A stretch of 37,425 nt of DNA from a virus (lineage: Duplodnaviria; Heunggongvirae; Uroviricota; Caudoviricetes): the IMG/VR virus record IMGVR_UViG_2565956616_000008; one strand, 5' to 3'. Of this stretch, positions 7,182 through 16,187 are shown piece after piece. The notes under the pieces are model-generated. The model did no database searches, had not been told where the DNA came from, and saw only the letters and a program-made list of their open reading frames with translations. The translations under genes and the position numbers were made by a program. Each line of letters begins with the position of its first letter. Positions within the stretch are counted from its first letter, which is position 1.

Positions 7182-10004
7182 ATGACGACAGAGTACATCA
7201 GGGACTGGCAACAACCGCGCCACGCAGTAGGGCGTGAAGGAACGGGGATCCCCGCTCCTGAATCCGTGCTTTCCTCCTGGCTGGATGCCTACCGGGCAGA
7301 GAACGAGCGCCGCCAGAAAATGGCTGATGCGGCGTTCTCCGCCACGCCGCTGGGCAACCTGATTAATAAAAGCCTGGACGCACAGGAAAAACAGGACAAA
7401 ACCATCGCACTGGCAGGAGACGCCAGAAAACAGGCACGCGGCGCGGTGGATGAAGCCATGGCCTCGCTGCGCCTGCTGCCGTCCTATCTGCGCGATCCGC
7501 TTATTCGCCACCTCTCCTTCCTGCGCAAAAAACAGGAAGCCGATCGCCGGAAAGGCAAAAAGAGCTGGCAGGCGGAACGCTATGCACGCGGAACCCTGCG
7601 CAAAATATTCGAACGTCTGGAGCGCACCGATCACCGCTGGCTGACACAGGGTTATCGCTCCCTTGCCGGACGCGAACGCCTGGACGATTTGCTTTACCTG
7701 CCGCAGCTCAACAAACACCAGATACAGACGCTGGCCACCATGACGGCGGCGATGTTCAGCAGCACCTTCGAAAAACTCTGCGATGGCTTTGGCGCGACCG
7801 ATGGCGAACTGACCATGGATGTAACGCTGAAGGCGTATCAGATGCTGGCCCGCATGGCGTTACACCTGCACATCATGCCTCCACATTATGACGCACTGAC
7901 AACAGATAAAGACCGGAGGAACGAACCGGACACGGAGCTGCTGCCGGGCGCAATCCTTCGCCTGACCTGTGCGGAATGGTGGAAACGCAAACTGTGGCTG
8001 TTACGTTGCGAGTGGAGAGAAGAACAACTCCGCGCCGCCTGTCTGGTTTCCAGAAAAACATCACCCTATCTGAGCCAGGACGCGTTAAGCGAGTTTCGCG
8101 CACAGAGCGAGAAAACACGCGATTTCCTGAAAAGTTTCATGCTGGAAAACGAAGACGGGTTCACGATTGATCTCGAGACAGTGTATTACGCGGGAGTAAG
8201 TAACCCGGTTCACCGTAAGGCAGAAATGATGGCCACCATGAAGGGGCTGGAACTTCTGGCCGAAGCCCGTGGCGACAAAGCGGTGTTTCTGACTGTCACC
8301 TGCCCGTCAAAATACCACGCCACAACAGAGAACGGTCATCCGAATCCCAAATGGAACGGGGCCACCATGCGCGACTCCAGCGATTACCTGGTTAACACGT
8401 TTTTTGCAGCGGTCCGCAAGAAACTGAACCGCGACGGCCTGCGCTGGTATGGCATCCGCACGGTGGAGCCTCACCATGACGGCACCGTGCACTGGCATAT
8501 GATGGTCTTTGCTCATCCGGAAGAAATCGACACCATTGTGTCCCACACCCGCGATATTGCCATTCAGGAAGATCGTCACGAGCTGGGTGATGATATTACC
8601 CCACGCTTTAAGGCGGAGTTCGTCGACGGCTCAAAAGGCACGCCAACCAGCTACATCGCCACCTACATCGGAAAGAACCTGGACAGCCGCGCCGTGGATG
8701 GCATCGACCCGAAAACGGGCAAGCCACGCGTTGACCACGAAACAGATAAATCAATGGCCGAGAGCGTGGAGCGCGCCATCGGCTGGGCGCGCCTTCACCG
8801 GGTCCGCCAGTTCCAGTTCTTTGGCATCCCCTCCCGTCAGGTGTGGCGTGAACTCCGCCGCCTTGCCAGCCAGATGGCACGCAACCCGGAAGGCCCGCAA
8901 CGGCTGAAGGATGACGCAATGGATGCGGTTCTTGCTGCCGCTGATGCCGGGTGTTTTGCCACCTACATTGAAAAACAGGGTGGCGTACTTGTTCCGCGCA
9001 AGGACTACCTGATTCGCACAGCCTACGACCTCGCAGATGAGCTTAACGATTACGGCGAACAGAGTGTACAGATTTACGGGATCTGGTCGCCATTCATCGG
9101 GGAATCCTCCCGTGTGTGCACGCATCCGGATAACTGGAAGCTGGTAAGACGTAAACCGGAAGCGGAGGACAGCACCCGCGAAAATGGTTTTGACCTTCAG
9201 GGCGGCCCTGCCGCCCCTTGGACTCGTGGCAATAACTGTCCCCGTGTACAGGAAACGGACAACAACGGGACAGAACAGCCGGAAGAACGGCCAGCACCGT
9301 GGCCGCAGCTCCCTGACGGCGTTGAAGTGAACGAATGGATGCGCTCACTGAAACGGCACGAACGCCGGGCGCTGATGCGTTCGCTTCGTGACAAACAGGC
9401 AAAAAACAGCAGTGATGAAATGCAGAGCTGGACACAGAGCCGCAAACAGCAGCGGCCTTTGCCTGATAACCACGAATTACTCGCTAAAGAATGGCGGGAG
9501 TCTGCTGAATCTCTCGGCCTGCATATTGGTGAACAGCAGATGCAGCACCTGTTACGGGGCGGCAGTCTGTACGTTGACGGCAGCATCATTGCACCGCAGG
9601 GATTTGAAATTGTACGCAAACCGGATACCCGTCCGGACAGCCGGATCACGCAGCTCTGGCAGCGCCTGAGCCGTAACCACGGCGTAAGCAGCACGGAGAT
9701 CCGCCATAACCCGGTCGCCAGCTATCTGGAACAGCTGGGGGCATCAGACCCCGAAGCCGCCGCACGCCTGGCATCCACACTTCAGCAGGACCAGAACACC
9801 ATGAAAACACCCGTTACCGTGCTTTCTGACATGCTGCGCGCCATCCGCGACGCAGAGCACGCACAGAGAATCAGTGAAACCACTGAACGCGCCCGCCGCA
9901 AAGCAGACCTGCTGCGGGGTGGCCTGACCAGTGGAAACAAAAAACAGACAGAAACGGGATTCACAAATCCCGTAAATGAGCAAAAAACGCGCCGCGATAT
10001 ATGA
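7182..10004 (+). CDS. A: Replication initiator (P2 gpA family rolling-circle endonuclease) with a C-terminal extension
   Basis: 940 aa; position after the early genes and overall similarity to the P2 A family as recalled (region around YIATYIGKNLD); longer than P2 A, which I recall as about 760 aa. Confidence 0.85.
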   Translation: MTTEYIRDWQQPRHAVGREGTGIPAPESVLSSWLDAYRAENERRQKMADAAFSATPLGNLINKSLDAQEKQDKTIALAGDARKQARGAVDEAMASLRLLPSYLRDPLIRHLSFLRKKQEADRRKGKKSWQAERYARGTLRKIFERLERTDHRWLTQGYRSLAGRERLDDLLYLPQLNKHQIQTLATMTAAMFSSTFEKLCDGFGATDGELTMDVTLKAYQMLARMALHLHIMPPHYDALTTDKDRRNEPDTELLPGAILRLTCAEWWKRKLWLLRCEWREEQLRAACLVSRKTSPYLSQDALSEFRAQSEKTRDFLKSFMLENEDGFTIDLETVYYAGVSNPVHRKAEMMATMKGLELLAEARGDKAVFLTVTCPSKYHATTENGHPNPKWNGATMRDSSDYLVNTFFAAVRKKLNRDGLRWYGIRTVEPHHDGTVHWHMMVFAHPEEIDTIVSHTRDIAIQEDRHELGDDITPRFKAEFVDGSKGTPTSYIATYIGKNLDSRAVDGIDPKTGKPRVDHETDKSMAESVERAIGWARLHRVRQFQFFGIPSRQVWRELRRLASQMARNPEGPQRLKDDAMDAVLAAADAGCFATYIEKQGGVLVPRKDYLIRTAYDLADELNDYGEQSVQIYGIWSPFIGESSRVCTHPDNWKLVRRKPEAEDSTRENGFDLQGGPAAPWTRGNNCPRVQETDNNGTEQPEERPAPWPQLPDGVEVNEWMRSLKRHERRALMRSLRDKQAKNSSDEMQSWTQSRKQQRPLPDNHELLAKEWRESAESLGLHIGEQQMQHLLRGGSLYVDGSIIAPQGFEIVRKPDTRPDSRITQLWQRLSRNHGVSSTEIRHNPVASYLEQLGASDPEAAARLASTLQQDQNTMKTPVTVLSDMLRAIRDAEHAQRISETTERARRKADLLRGGLTSGNKKQTETGFTNPVNEQKTRRDI

Positions 10005-10045
10005 AGCGCGCATAAAACAGGCAAAAACGGGATTTCAGAATCCCG
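9954..10045. repeat. Two copies of a 20-bp palindrome (ACGGGATT-N4-AATCCCGT) 72 bp apart
   Basis: 9954..9973 ACGGGATTcacaAATCCCGT and 10026..10045 ACGGGATTtcagAATCCCGT, each flanked by AAACGGG...CCCGTAAA; first copy lies inside the 3' end of gene A, second just upstream of the parM-like gene. Confidence 0.5.
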
Positions 10046-10080
10046 TAAACGATTAATTAATCAACATAAGGAAAAGCGAC

Positions 10081-10909
10081 ATGAAAATTTGTATCGATGA
10101 CGGCTCCACCAACATCAAGCTGGCATGGACTGAGAACGGCCCAGACGACCGACACGCAATACCAGTACAGCGATGTGAATGTCATTGCCATTCATCACGC
10201 GCTGGTCAAATCAGGCATCACGCCACAGGAGGTGGATGTGGTTGTCACCCTGCCACTGAGCGAGTATTTCGACACAAACGCACAGCCGGACATGACCAAC
10301 ATCAACCGCAAAAAAGCGAACGTTATGCGCCCGGTGGAGTACCAGAACGGCGAAGCATTCACTATCCGTAACGTACGGGTTATGCCTGAATCCATTCCGG
10401 CTGGCTTTAAGGCACTGGCTGACATGAGTCCGTTTGAATCCCTGCTGATTGTGGATTTGGGCGGAACCACGCTGGATGTGGCAAAGGTTCAGGGGCAACT
10501 GGCAGGTATCAGCTAGGTGTTTTGCGATCCACACGTAGGCGTTTCTCTGATGGCCGATGCCGTACTGTCGGTGATGGCCACTAACGGTATGCGCACCAGT
10601 CACCACATCGCCAATACCATTATCGAACATCGCCATGATGAAGCCTGGCTGCGCCAGCACATCCACAATGACGCGCATTACGCCAGCCTGATGGCGGTTA
10701 TTCGTGAAAAGGAAGAAACACTGAAACAACGCGTGATCCGCGCGCTGGCGGGTTTTTCGGGTTACGGGCGGGTGATGGTTGTCGGTGGAGGGGCGGAGAT
10801 TGTGGCACCCGCTATCCGCGAAGCCTGCGGAGTTAATGCGACTTTCATCGCGGACGGGGTGCCACAGTTTGCTCTGGTTAATGGGCTGTACGCAATGGAC
10901 AAGGAGTAA
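10081..10909 (+). pseudogene. ParM/StbA-like actin-type partition ATPase, disrupted by a frameshift and an in-frame TAG
   Basis: N-terminus MKICIDDGSTNIKL in frame 1 (10081..); body with LIVDLGGTTLDV in frame 2 (10097..10516); in-frame TAG at 10514..10516; C-terminus with VMVVGGGAEI continues in the same frame to 10909. Confidence 0.7.
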
Positions 10910-10913
10910 ACCA

Positions 10914-11225
10914 ATGACGACACCAACCAGACGGATAAGTTTCTATCTGAAGCCTGCGGCCGTCAAGAACGAAAGCGAAGCATGCGCCTGGCTGGACAGC
11001 CTTACACCAGAAGCCCGCAAAAGCGGCCAACGCGTGGCTTTTCTGGCCGGGCTGGCACTTCTGAAAATGAATCCGGCAGAGGCTTACCGACTGGCTGCAT
11101 GGGCTGACGATGAGGCGTTATCAGTGACACAAACCAGGACAGAATGCCCCGCGTCACAGCCAGTATCAACCGCACAGATAACCAGTCAGATGGCCGGAAA
11201 TATCCGGGCGTTATTTCCCGAATAA
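10914..11225 (+). CDS. ParR/StbB-like small partition protein (tentative)
   Basis: 103 aa; AAGGAG 7 nt before ATG; pattern RRISFYLKP...LDSL...AFLAGLALLK...LFPE resembles plasmid StbB as recalled; sits directly after the parM-like gene as in parMR loci. Confidence 0.5.
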   Translation: MTTPTRRISFYLKPAAVKNESEACAWLDSLTPEARKSGQRVAFLAGLALLKMNPAEAYRLAAWADDEALSVTQTRTECPASQPVSTAQITSQMAGNIRALFPE

Positions 11226-11288
11226 CACAACATCAGGGCGCATCCGCCCTGATGACTTTAATCCGGGAACATAAACAAGGGGGACACA

Positions 11289-11624
11289 ATGCAACACATT
11301 GACAGAGAAAAAGCGCAGCGACTGATTGAGCGAATGGAAGCGCTGGCGAAAGAAGAAAATGTCAACATCCAAAAAATAGCTGAATGTGGCCAGATAGTTC
11401 TTCGTCGTGAAAAAGACATCAAGCAACTGATGTCTGGCGGAATCAGCAAAACATGGACTTCAGGCAAGAAGACGATTTATTGCAGCTTCTGCAATAAATC
11501 CCAGCACGAAGTCATAAAGGTGATTGCCGGACCGTCTGTTTACATCTGCAATGAGTGCGTGGATTTGTGCAATGAAATTATCAGAAGAGAAGTGACAGAC
11601 CATGAAGAAAAAACGCATGAATGA
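11289..11624 (+). CDS. Small protein with a C-terminal ClpX-type zinc-binding domain (orphan ClpX N-domain)
   Basis: 111 aa; residues [38 protein letters not shown] closely match the ClpX N-terminal C4 zinc-finger dimerisation domain as recalled; no AAA+ module follows; AAGGGGG upstream. Confidence 0.75.
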   Translation: MQHIDREKAQRLIERMEALAKEENVNIQKIAECGQIVLRREKDIKQLMSGGISKTWTSGKKTIYCSFCNKSQHEVIKVIAGPSVYICNECVDLCNEIIRREVTDHEEKTHE

Positions 11625-11686
11625 CGAATTTGACGGCTTTTAATTTTATCGGGGCGCACTGTCTCCCCCCGCACGAGGAAAACACG

Positions 11687-12211
11687 ATGAAAAAATACGA
11701 ATACATGCTAATGAAAGAAGCACTGCGGGCTGGTCTGGCTCCCTGTCCTGTATCCGTAGAAGCTGTTGTTGGGAACACGATTTTCCGAACGCTGCGAAAT
11801 CGCGTATCCGTGAAGATGATTCACCAACCACCCAAATCTACCAGCATGATCTATCTGCCGCTGCCCGAGGCTATCAAACTTATGCGTTCGCTGAAATTTG
11901 CGATTTGGATGCAGACACAACTCAACAAAGCGGTGCAAAACACCTTCGTTAAGAAACTGATGCCGGAGCTTGCTGCCAGATGTGCAAAATGTACCAGACC
12001 CGCACTTCAATTTGATCTGTCATTGATTCAACAAGCTACGGAGGCAGAACTGTACCGCCTGTCACCTCTCCATGATGTTCACACGGAAGCCTCAGAAATG
12101 TTCCGGCTCATGTTTCAATTTAATTTTGCCGTTCGACGCACACGCGTTCAGGTCAATCGCATGATGCAGGCGCAGGAAGAGCTGACGCAACACAAAGGAG
12201 GCAACCAGTGA
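11687..12211 (+). CDS. hypothetical protein
   Basis: 174-aa ORF from ATG 11687 (GAGGA 8 nt upstream); track ORF starts earlier at 11621. Confidence 0.5.
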   Translation: MKKYEYMLMKEALRAGLAPCPVSVEAVVGNTIFRTLRNRVSVKMIHQPPKSTSMIYLPLPEAIKLMRSLKFAIWMQTQLNKAVQNTFVKKLMPELAARCAKCTRPALQFDLSLIQQATEAELYRLSPLHDVHTEASEMFRLMFQFNFAVRRTRVQVNRMMQAQEELTQHKGGNQ

Positions 12212-12732
12212 GCAAGATTGACTATCAGGCATTACGCGAACGCTATTCACCTGCGCCAGTACCGAAATGCCCTATTTGCGGCGAGGAAATGTCAATTCAG
12301 CGAATATCTGGAGCACAGGTTGTTTATGCCTGCTCCGGTTATGGTGATGATGGAGATTTCAAAATTGGTCGAACTCTTGCCGACGAACATTATGAAAAAT
12401 CGCGCGTAACAGTGTTGGATGTCGGGGATCCTGAAGTATTGGCGCTACTTGATTGGCTGGAAACTAAAGACAACCGAATCGCTGAACTGGAAAAAATCGC
12501 CACTGACTATGCACTTAAATTCCAGAAAGCACAGGACGCATTAAAGCATGCCGCTTTGCTGCATAGCCGGACGGCGCAACAAACAAATAATTTTGCAGTA
12601 TCGCTTCCGGACATAAGCGAATATTTCATTAATGACGTATTTCAGCCCTTGCGATACGAGCGGGATGTTGAAAGAGCCATCATAAAGGCTGGCGGAAAAG
12701 CATTGTGGCAGGAGAAACACGACGACAGATAA
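12208..12732 (+). CDS. hypothetical protein with N-terminal Cys pairs (possible zinc ribbon) and coiled coil
   Basis: 174 aa; GTG start overlapping the previous stop, AAAGGAGG upstream; CPICGEEM...YACSG at the N-terminus. Confidence 0.55.
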   Translation: MSKIDYQALRERYSPAPVPKCPICGEEMSIQRISGAQVVYACSGYGDDGDFKIGRTLADEHYEKSRVTVLDVGDPEVLALLDWLETKDNRIAELEKIATDYALKFQKAQDALKHAALLHSRTAQQTNNFAVSLPDISEYFINDVFQPLRYERDVERAIIKAGGKALWQEKHDDR

Positions 12733-12784
12733 AAATAACACCTGATCTCCCTCAAACCAGGGCGATAATCGCGCATCGCCCTGC

Positions 12785-12811
12785 TGCACAATAGTGCACA
12801 AATTTGCACAA
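12785..12811. repeat. Three direct TGCACAA repeats at 10-bp spacing
   Basis: TGCACAA at 12785, 12795 and 12805, followed by a T-run. Confidence 0.45.
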
Positions 12812-13185
12812 TTTTTTTGAACGACTTTTTGCCCTTCCGGCCCGCGTGGCGGCTGGATCCGTCAAGGATCCGTGCGTGCACAAAAAAACGCGCTTTTTCT
12901 GCGCGCAGGTGACGGGGGAACAGCCCGCGTTTCAGGGGGTAAATAGCGTTCCCTTAACGATGTCGCAGCGACACGACAGAATGGCCGTATTTCTCACGCT
13001 GAGCGTGAAAAATACGTGAGGGATTCTGATTTGATGGGGTGAAAGGTAAGGCCGTCAAAATCGCACTGAGGCGGCGAGAACATGCAGTCAACGCGGTGGG
13101 ATTGCGTAAGAGTCTGACCGTCGATGGTGGCGATAAACTGGAAGGCGTCGTGAAATTATCTGACTGATACAGGAGCTGGAGAGTC

Positions 13186-13208
13186 GGGGCATAAATTTTT
13201 TATGCCCC
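13186..13208. other. Perfect 23-bp palindrome GGGGCATAAATTTTTTATGCCCC just beyond the portal gene stop
   Basis: 10-bp arms with a 3-nt centre; no flanking T-run on either strand, so not a classical terminator. Confidence 0.4.
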
Positions 13209-13235
13209 GGCGAAGCAGCAGACAAGCGAAGCGCG

Positions 13236-14282
13236 TCAGGATGTGGGCTGGATGTCTAACAGTGCGTAAGGGTTAAAGCGGATCACCTCTTCGCCAAGCC
13301 AGTCATTGATGTGCTTCATGGCCTCCATGACGGGCATCAGCTCGTTAATTGCGTAAACCCGCGCGGCCTTCTCCACATCACCAAACGCACTTTTTTCACC
13401 CGGCATCGCCCCCATCAGTTGCGGCGGAACGCGGTGCGCAGCCAGCACATCATCACGGGATGCCGCCTTAACATTCATGAACTCATCCTTTGCGGTGATC
13501 TGCTGGAACGGCAAAATTTGCACCCCCTCTTTGCCCCCGTTGGGCGCATGAATGAGCACGTTTTTAAACGCACCACCACCACGCGCACCCTGTAGCGTTT
13601 CTTTCAGGGAGTCCATGCTTTCGCGGTTTACCTGCGCTGCACCGATGTAGATGATGCACCCGGCGTGGGATCCGTTGTCGTAATACAGTTTTCTGAACAT
13701 GTCCGCCGAATGAGACAGGCTGGCCGAGAGTAATGCGCCGAGATATTCCGGCATGCCGTAGATTTCCTGGTTAATGTCAGGATTCATCAGGTGACACACT
13801 TTGCCTGGGCGAAACTGAAACGCATCCTTGCCATCCTGCACATACCACCATGATTCAAGATCGCTTCCGCGTCGCATGTATTTCGCCAGGGCGTGCCGTA
13901 ATTTAAGCGGTTCGCCGAGCATATTGCTTCGAAGCTCAAGGAATGCGTTACCGAACACAAACCAGTCCAGCGCCAGCGCCGAGAAATCCTGCCGGGAAAG
14001 CAGCGGGTGCGGAATATAGCAGCCGAGCAATACATTGCGCTTAAAGTAAAGCGCAGACTGATGCCAGGACGTTTGCCGGGCAGCTCTTGCCAGACCGTAC
14101 CAGTCTACCGGGGTTTCATACCACCGCCCGTTATCAGCACAGTACATATTGTCCAGCAGGTCATGCCCGGTCAGGCGATAAGGACCATCAAATGTGAATG
14201 CACTGAGCGATGATTCTTTCCTGAGCGCATCAGCGAGATCAATGCGTGAACTCATGCGCACTTTTTTATTTTTTCTGCTCAT
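13236..14282 (-). CDS. Q: Portal (capsid vertex) protein
   Basis: 348 aa; similar to the P2 gpQ portal family as recalled; start overlaps the terminase stop. Confidence 0.9.
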   Translation of the reverse strand: MSRKNKKVRMSSRIDLADALRKESSLSAFTFDGPYRLTGHDLLDNMYCADNGRWYETPVDWYGLARAARQTSWHQSALYFKRNVLLGCYIPHPLLSRQDFSALALDWFVFGNAFLELRSNMLGEPLKLRHALAKYMRRGSDLESWWYVQDGKDAFQFRPGKVCHLMNPDINQEIYGMPEYLGALLSASLSHSADMFRKLYYDNGSHAGCIIYIGAAQVNRESMDSLKETLQGARGGGAFKNVLIHAPNGGKEGVQILPFQQITAKDEFMNVKAASRDDVLAAHRVPPQLMGAMPGEKSAFGDVEKAARVYAINELMPVMEAMKHINDWLGEEVIRFNPYALLDIQPTS

Positions 14283-16033
14283 CAGAACTCCATAACCGTG
14301 AAACGCTCGTTTTCTCCTTCGCCGCCAATTGGTTCGTTAATGACAGCAAGCATGGTTGCCCACGCAAGGTCGCCGTGGCTGATCCCCCTCGCGCGGTCCG
14401 TTTCGTAAGTGATAAAGCCGCCCGGTGTTTTCACCTTACGCACGGCGTTAAAGGCCGCGACCAGCTCGCGTTCGGCGCGATCGTATTCCCACCGTCCGGC
14501 ACGCATTATTTGCAGCATTTTCAGTACCAGCGACCGTTTGGATGACAGCGTGAAGGTGTACGGAATAGCAGCAGGGAAAAACCGCTTCACTATCTGATAA
14601 ACAGCCTCCCCGTTCCCGCCCGTCACATCAATGCCGATGTGTTCCACGTTGTAGCGACACGTGAACTCTTCAATGACTCTGGCCTGTTCTTCAAACTCCA
14701 GCCCCTGAACGCGTCGCGTCTCCACCGTTCGAAAACGGCCACCAGGAACAGCCGGAGGAACCACCACGGACACCGCGCCGCTGTCGCCGTTGCCACTGCT
14801 GCCGTTTGCGTCATACCCAATCCATACCGGACGATTCCCCATCGGGCGGGGAGCAAAAGGTTTCCAGTCTTTCCAGTCGTCGTATCCGTCAACACCGCAG
14901 CCAATCAGGATATTCAGGTTAAATGCCGATTCCCCTTCGCGAACAAACTCACACATATAGAGATTGAGGAACTCGTCTTCGGTGTTTTCATCACGGATTT
15001 CGTCAATATCGGTGTGTTTCCAGCCGTGATTAACCACATCTTCCAGCGTGACAATTTGCCGCCACGTCCGGTCAGGGCAGATAAGCCCGTTATGCAGCGT
15101 TTTCCAGTCCACAGAAAAACGCTGGCGTTTATGCGAGGCCTTTTTCTCGTTCCAGCGGTCGCCGTTCCAGTAGGCGTATGCCTCGTGCGTTTCGGTGGAT
15201 GGCGTGGAGAAGTAGGTGCGCCGCAGTCCGCTGAGGGTTGCCATAGCGCCAGCTACCTTGCGCAGTTCAGCAAAGCGACTGACCCAGAAAAATTCATCAA
15301 AATAAAAATTGCCCGTATAGGACTGTGCCGACGCAGCAGAAGTGCCGAGAAAATGCAGCTCTGCGCCGTTGGAGAGGATGATTTTATCGCCCCCTTTCAG
15401 CTCCACATCAACTTCAGCCGCGGCCTTCTGAATAATGCTTTTAAACTGGAACGCCTGACGACGCGACGCAGACAAAAAAATCTGGTTACGCTGGTAAGGT
15501 TGCGCCACATCGTCACGCAGCGCCATCAGCAGAGCTTCCTGTGCAAAATACCAGGTCGCCCCAATCTGTCGGGATTTCAGGATCATCCTGTTACGTATCC
15601 CGGCTTCCCTGCAAAGGGTCAGGGAGTCAAACCAGCCCCGCTGATGCCACTCCAGCCTGCTGATGATTTTTTCCCGCAGTGCGGCAATCTGTTCCGGCGT
15701 GAAATGATTTTTGAGTTTTTTCGCCCGGCCTTTCTTTCCTGTGGCCGTCGCATCCGGCTGGCCATCATGCAGTTTTTTAAGCTGCCGGGTCAGCAGGTCT
15801 ATTTCCTTGAAGTCACCACCTGTTTTATTCTGTTTTTCAGTGAGCTGGATGAGGCGCGCATCGATGGACTGCGTGACACGCTGCACGGGTGGCGTTTCAT
15901 CCCACTGGTCGCGTTTTTTCCACGCATAAATCGTGTTCGGGTTTATTCCCATCAGACGTGATATTTCTGCGGGCGGATAACCCTGCCAGTAAAGTTGCCG
16001 CGCACGCTGGCGCACAAAAGCGTCCTGAATCAT
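14282..16033 (-). CDS. P: Terminase large (ATPase) subunit
   Basis: 583 aa; P2 gpP-like; divergent from the O-N-M-L operon as in P2. Confidence 0.9.
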   Translation of the reverse strand: MIQDAFVRQRARQLYWQGYPPAEISRLMGINPNTIYAWKKRDQWDETPPVQRVTQSIDARLIQLTEKQNKTGGDFKEIDLLTRQLKKLHDGQPDATATGKKGRAKKLKNHFTPEQIAALREKIISRLEWHQRGWFDSLTLCREAGIRNRMILKSRQIGATWYFAQEALLMALRDDVAQPYQRNQIFLSASRRQAFQFKSIIQKAAAEVDVELKGGDKIILSNGAELHFLGTSAASAQSYTGNFYFDEFFWVSRFAELRKVAGAMATLSGLRRTYFSTPSTETHEAYAYWNGDRWNEKKASHKRQRFSVDWKTLHNGLICPDRTWRQIVTLEDVVNHGWKHTDIDEIRDENTEDEFLNLYMCEFVREGESAFNLNILIGCGVDGYDDWKDWKPFAPRPMGNRPVWIGYDANGSSGNGDSGAVSVVVPPAVPGGRFRTVETRRVQGLEFEEQARVIEEFTCRYNVEHIGIDVTGGNGEAVYQIVKRFFPAAIPYTFTLSSKRSLVLKMLQIMRAGRWEYDRAERELVAAFNAVRKVKTPGGFITYETDRARGISHGDLAWATMLAVINEPIGGEGENERFTVMEF

Positions 16034-16187
16034 TGCTCCCCCTGAGTAATTACAGGAAGATTACCCGCGCGCGAAACTGTTCTCCTTAACCCCCTGTTCT
16101 GGCCGTTTTCTTACAACAAAAGCCCTTTGTATCAGCCTGTTACGCTTTGCCATCATGACTGAAGAACCAGTCAGAGGGGCAAAAACT

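Larger units (their letters stand above)
12733..13235. other. Non-coding region between the accessory genes and portal gene; probable cos/packaging region
   Basis: About 500 bp with no convincing ORF, at the position where P2-like phages carry cos; contains short repeats and palindromes; no exact cos cut site identified. Confidence 0.3.

Noticed and set aside
6642-7718. 358-aa ORF on the minus strand
   Set aside because: Lies antisense to well-supported plus-strand genes (6810..7175 and gene A) in GC-rich DNA; no RBS or family resemblance; treated as a shadow ORF.
10779-11225. Longer 148-aa version of the ParR/StbB-like ORF
   Set aside because: The upstream start lies inside the parM-like coding region in another frame with no RBS; the ATG at 10914 has AAGGAG at proper spacing.
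14639-15961. 440-aa ORF on the plus strand
   Set aside because: Entirely antisense to the terminase large subunit gene, which has strong family similarity; shadow ORF.
16034-16187. Ogr-type late promoter dyad (TGT-N12-ACA) in the P/O divergent region
   Set aside because: Scanning by eye found only near-matches (for example TGT-N12-TCA); not reported as a feature without a proper motif search.
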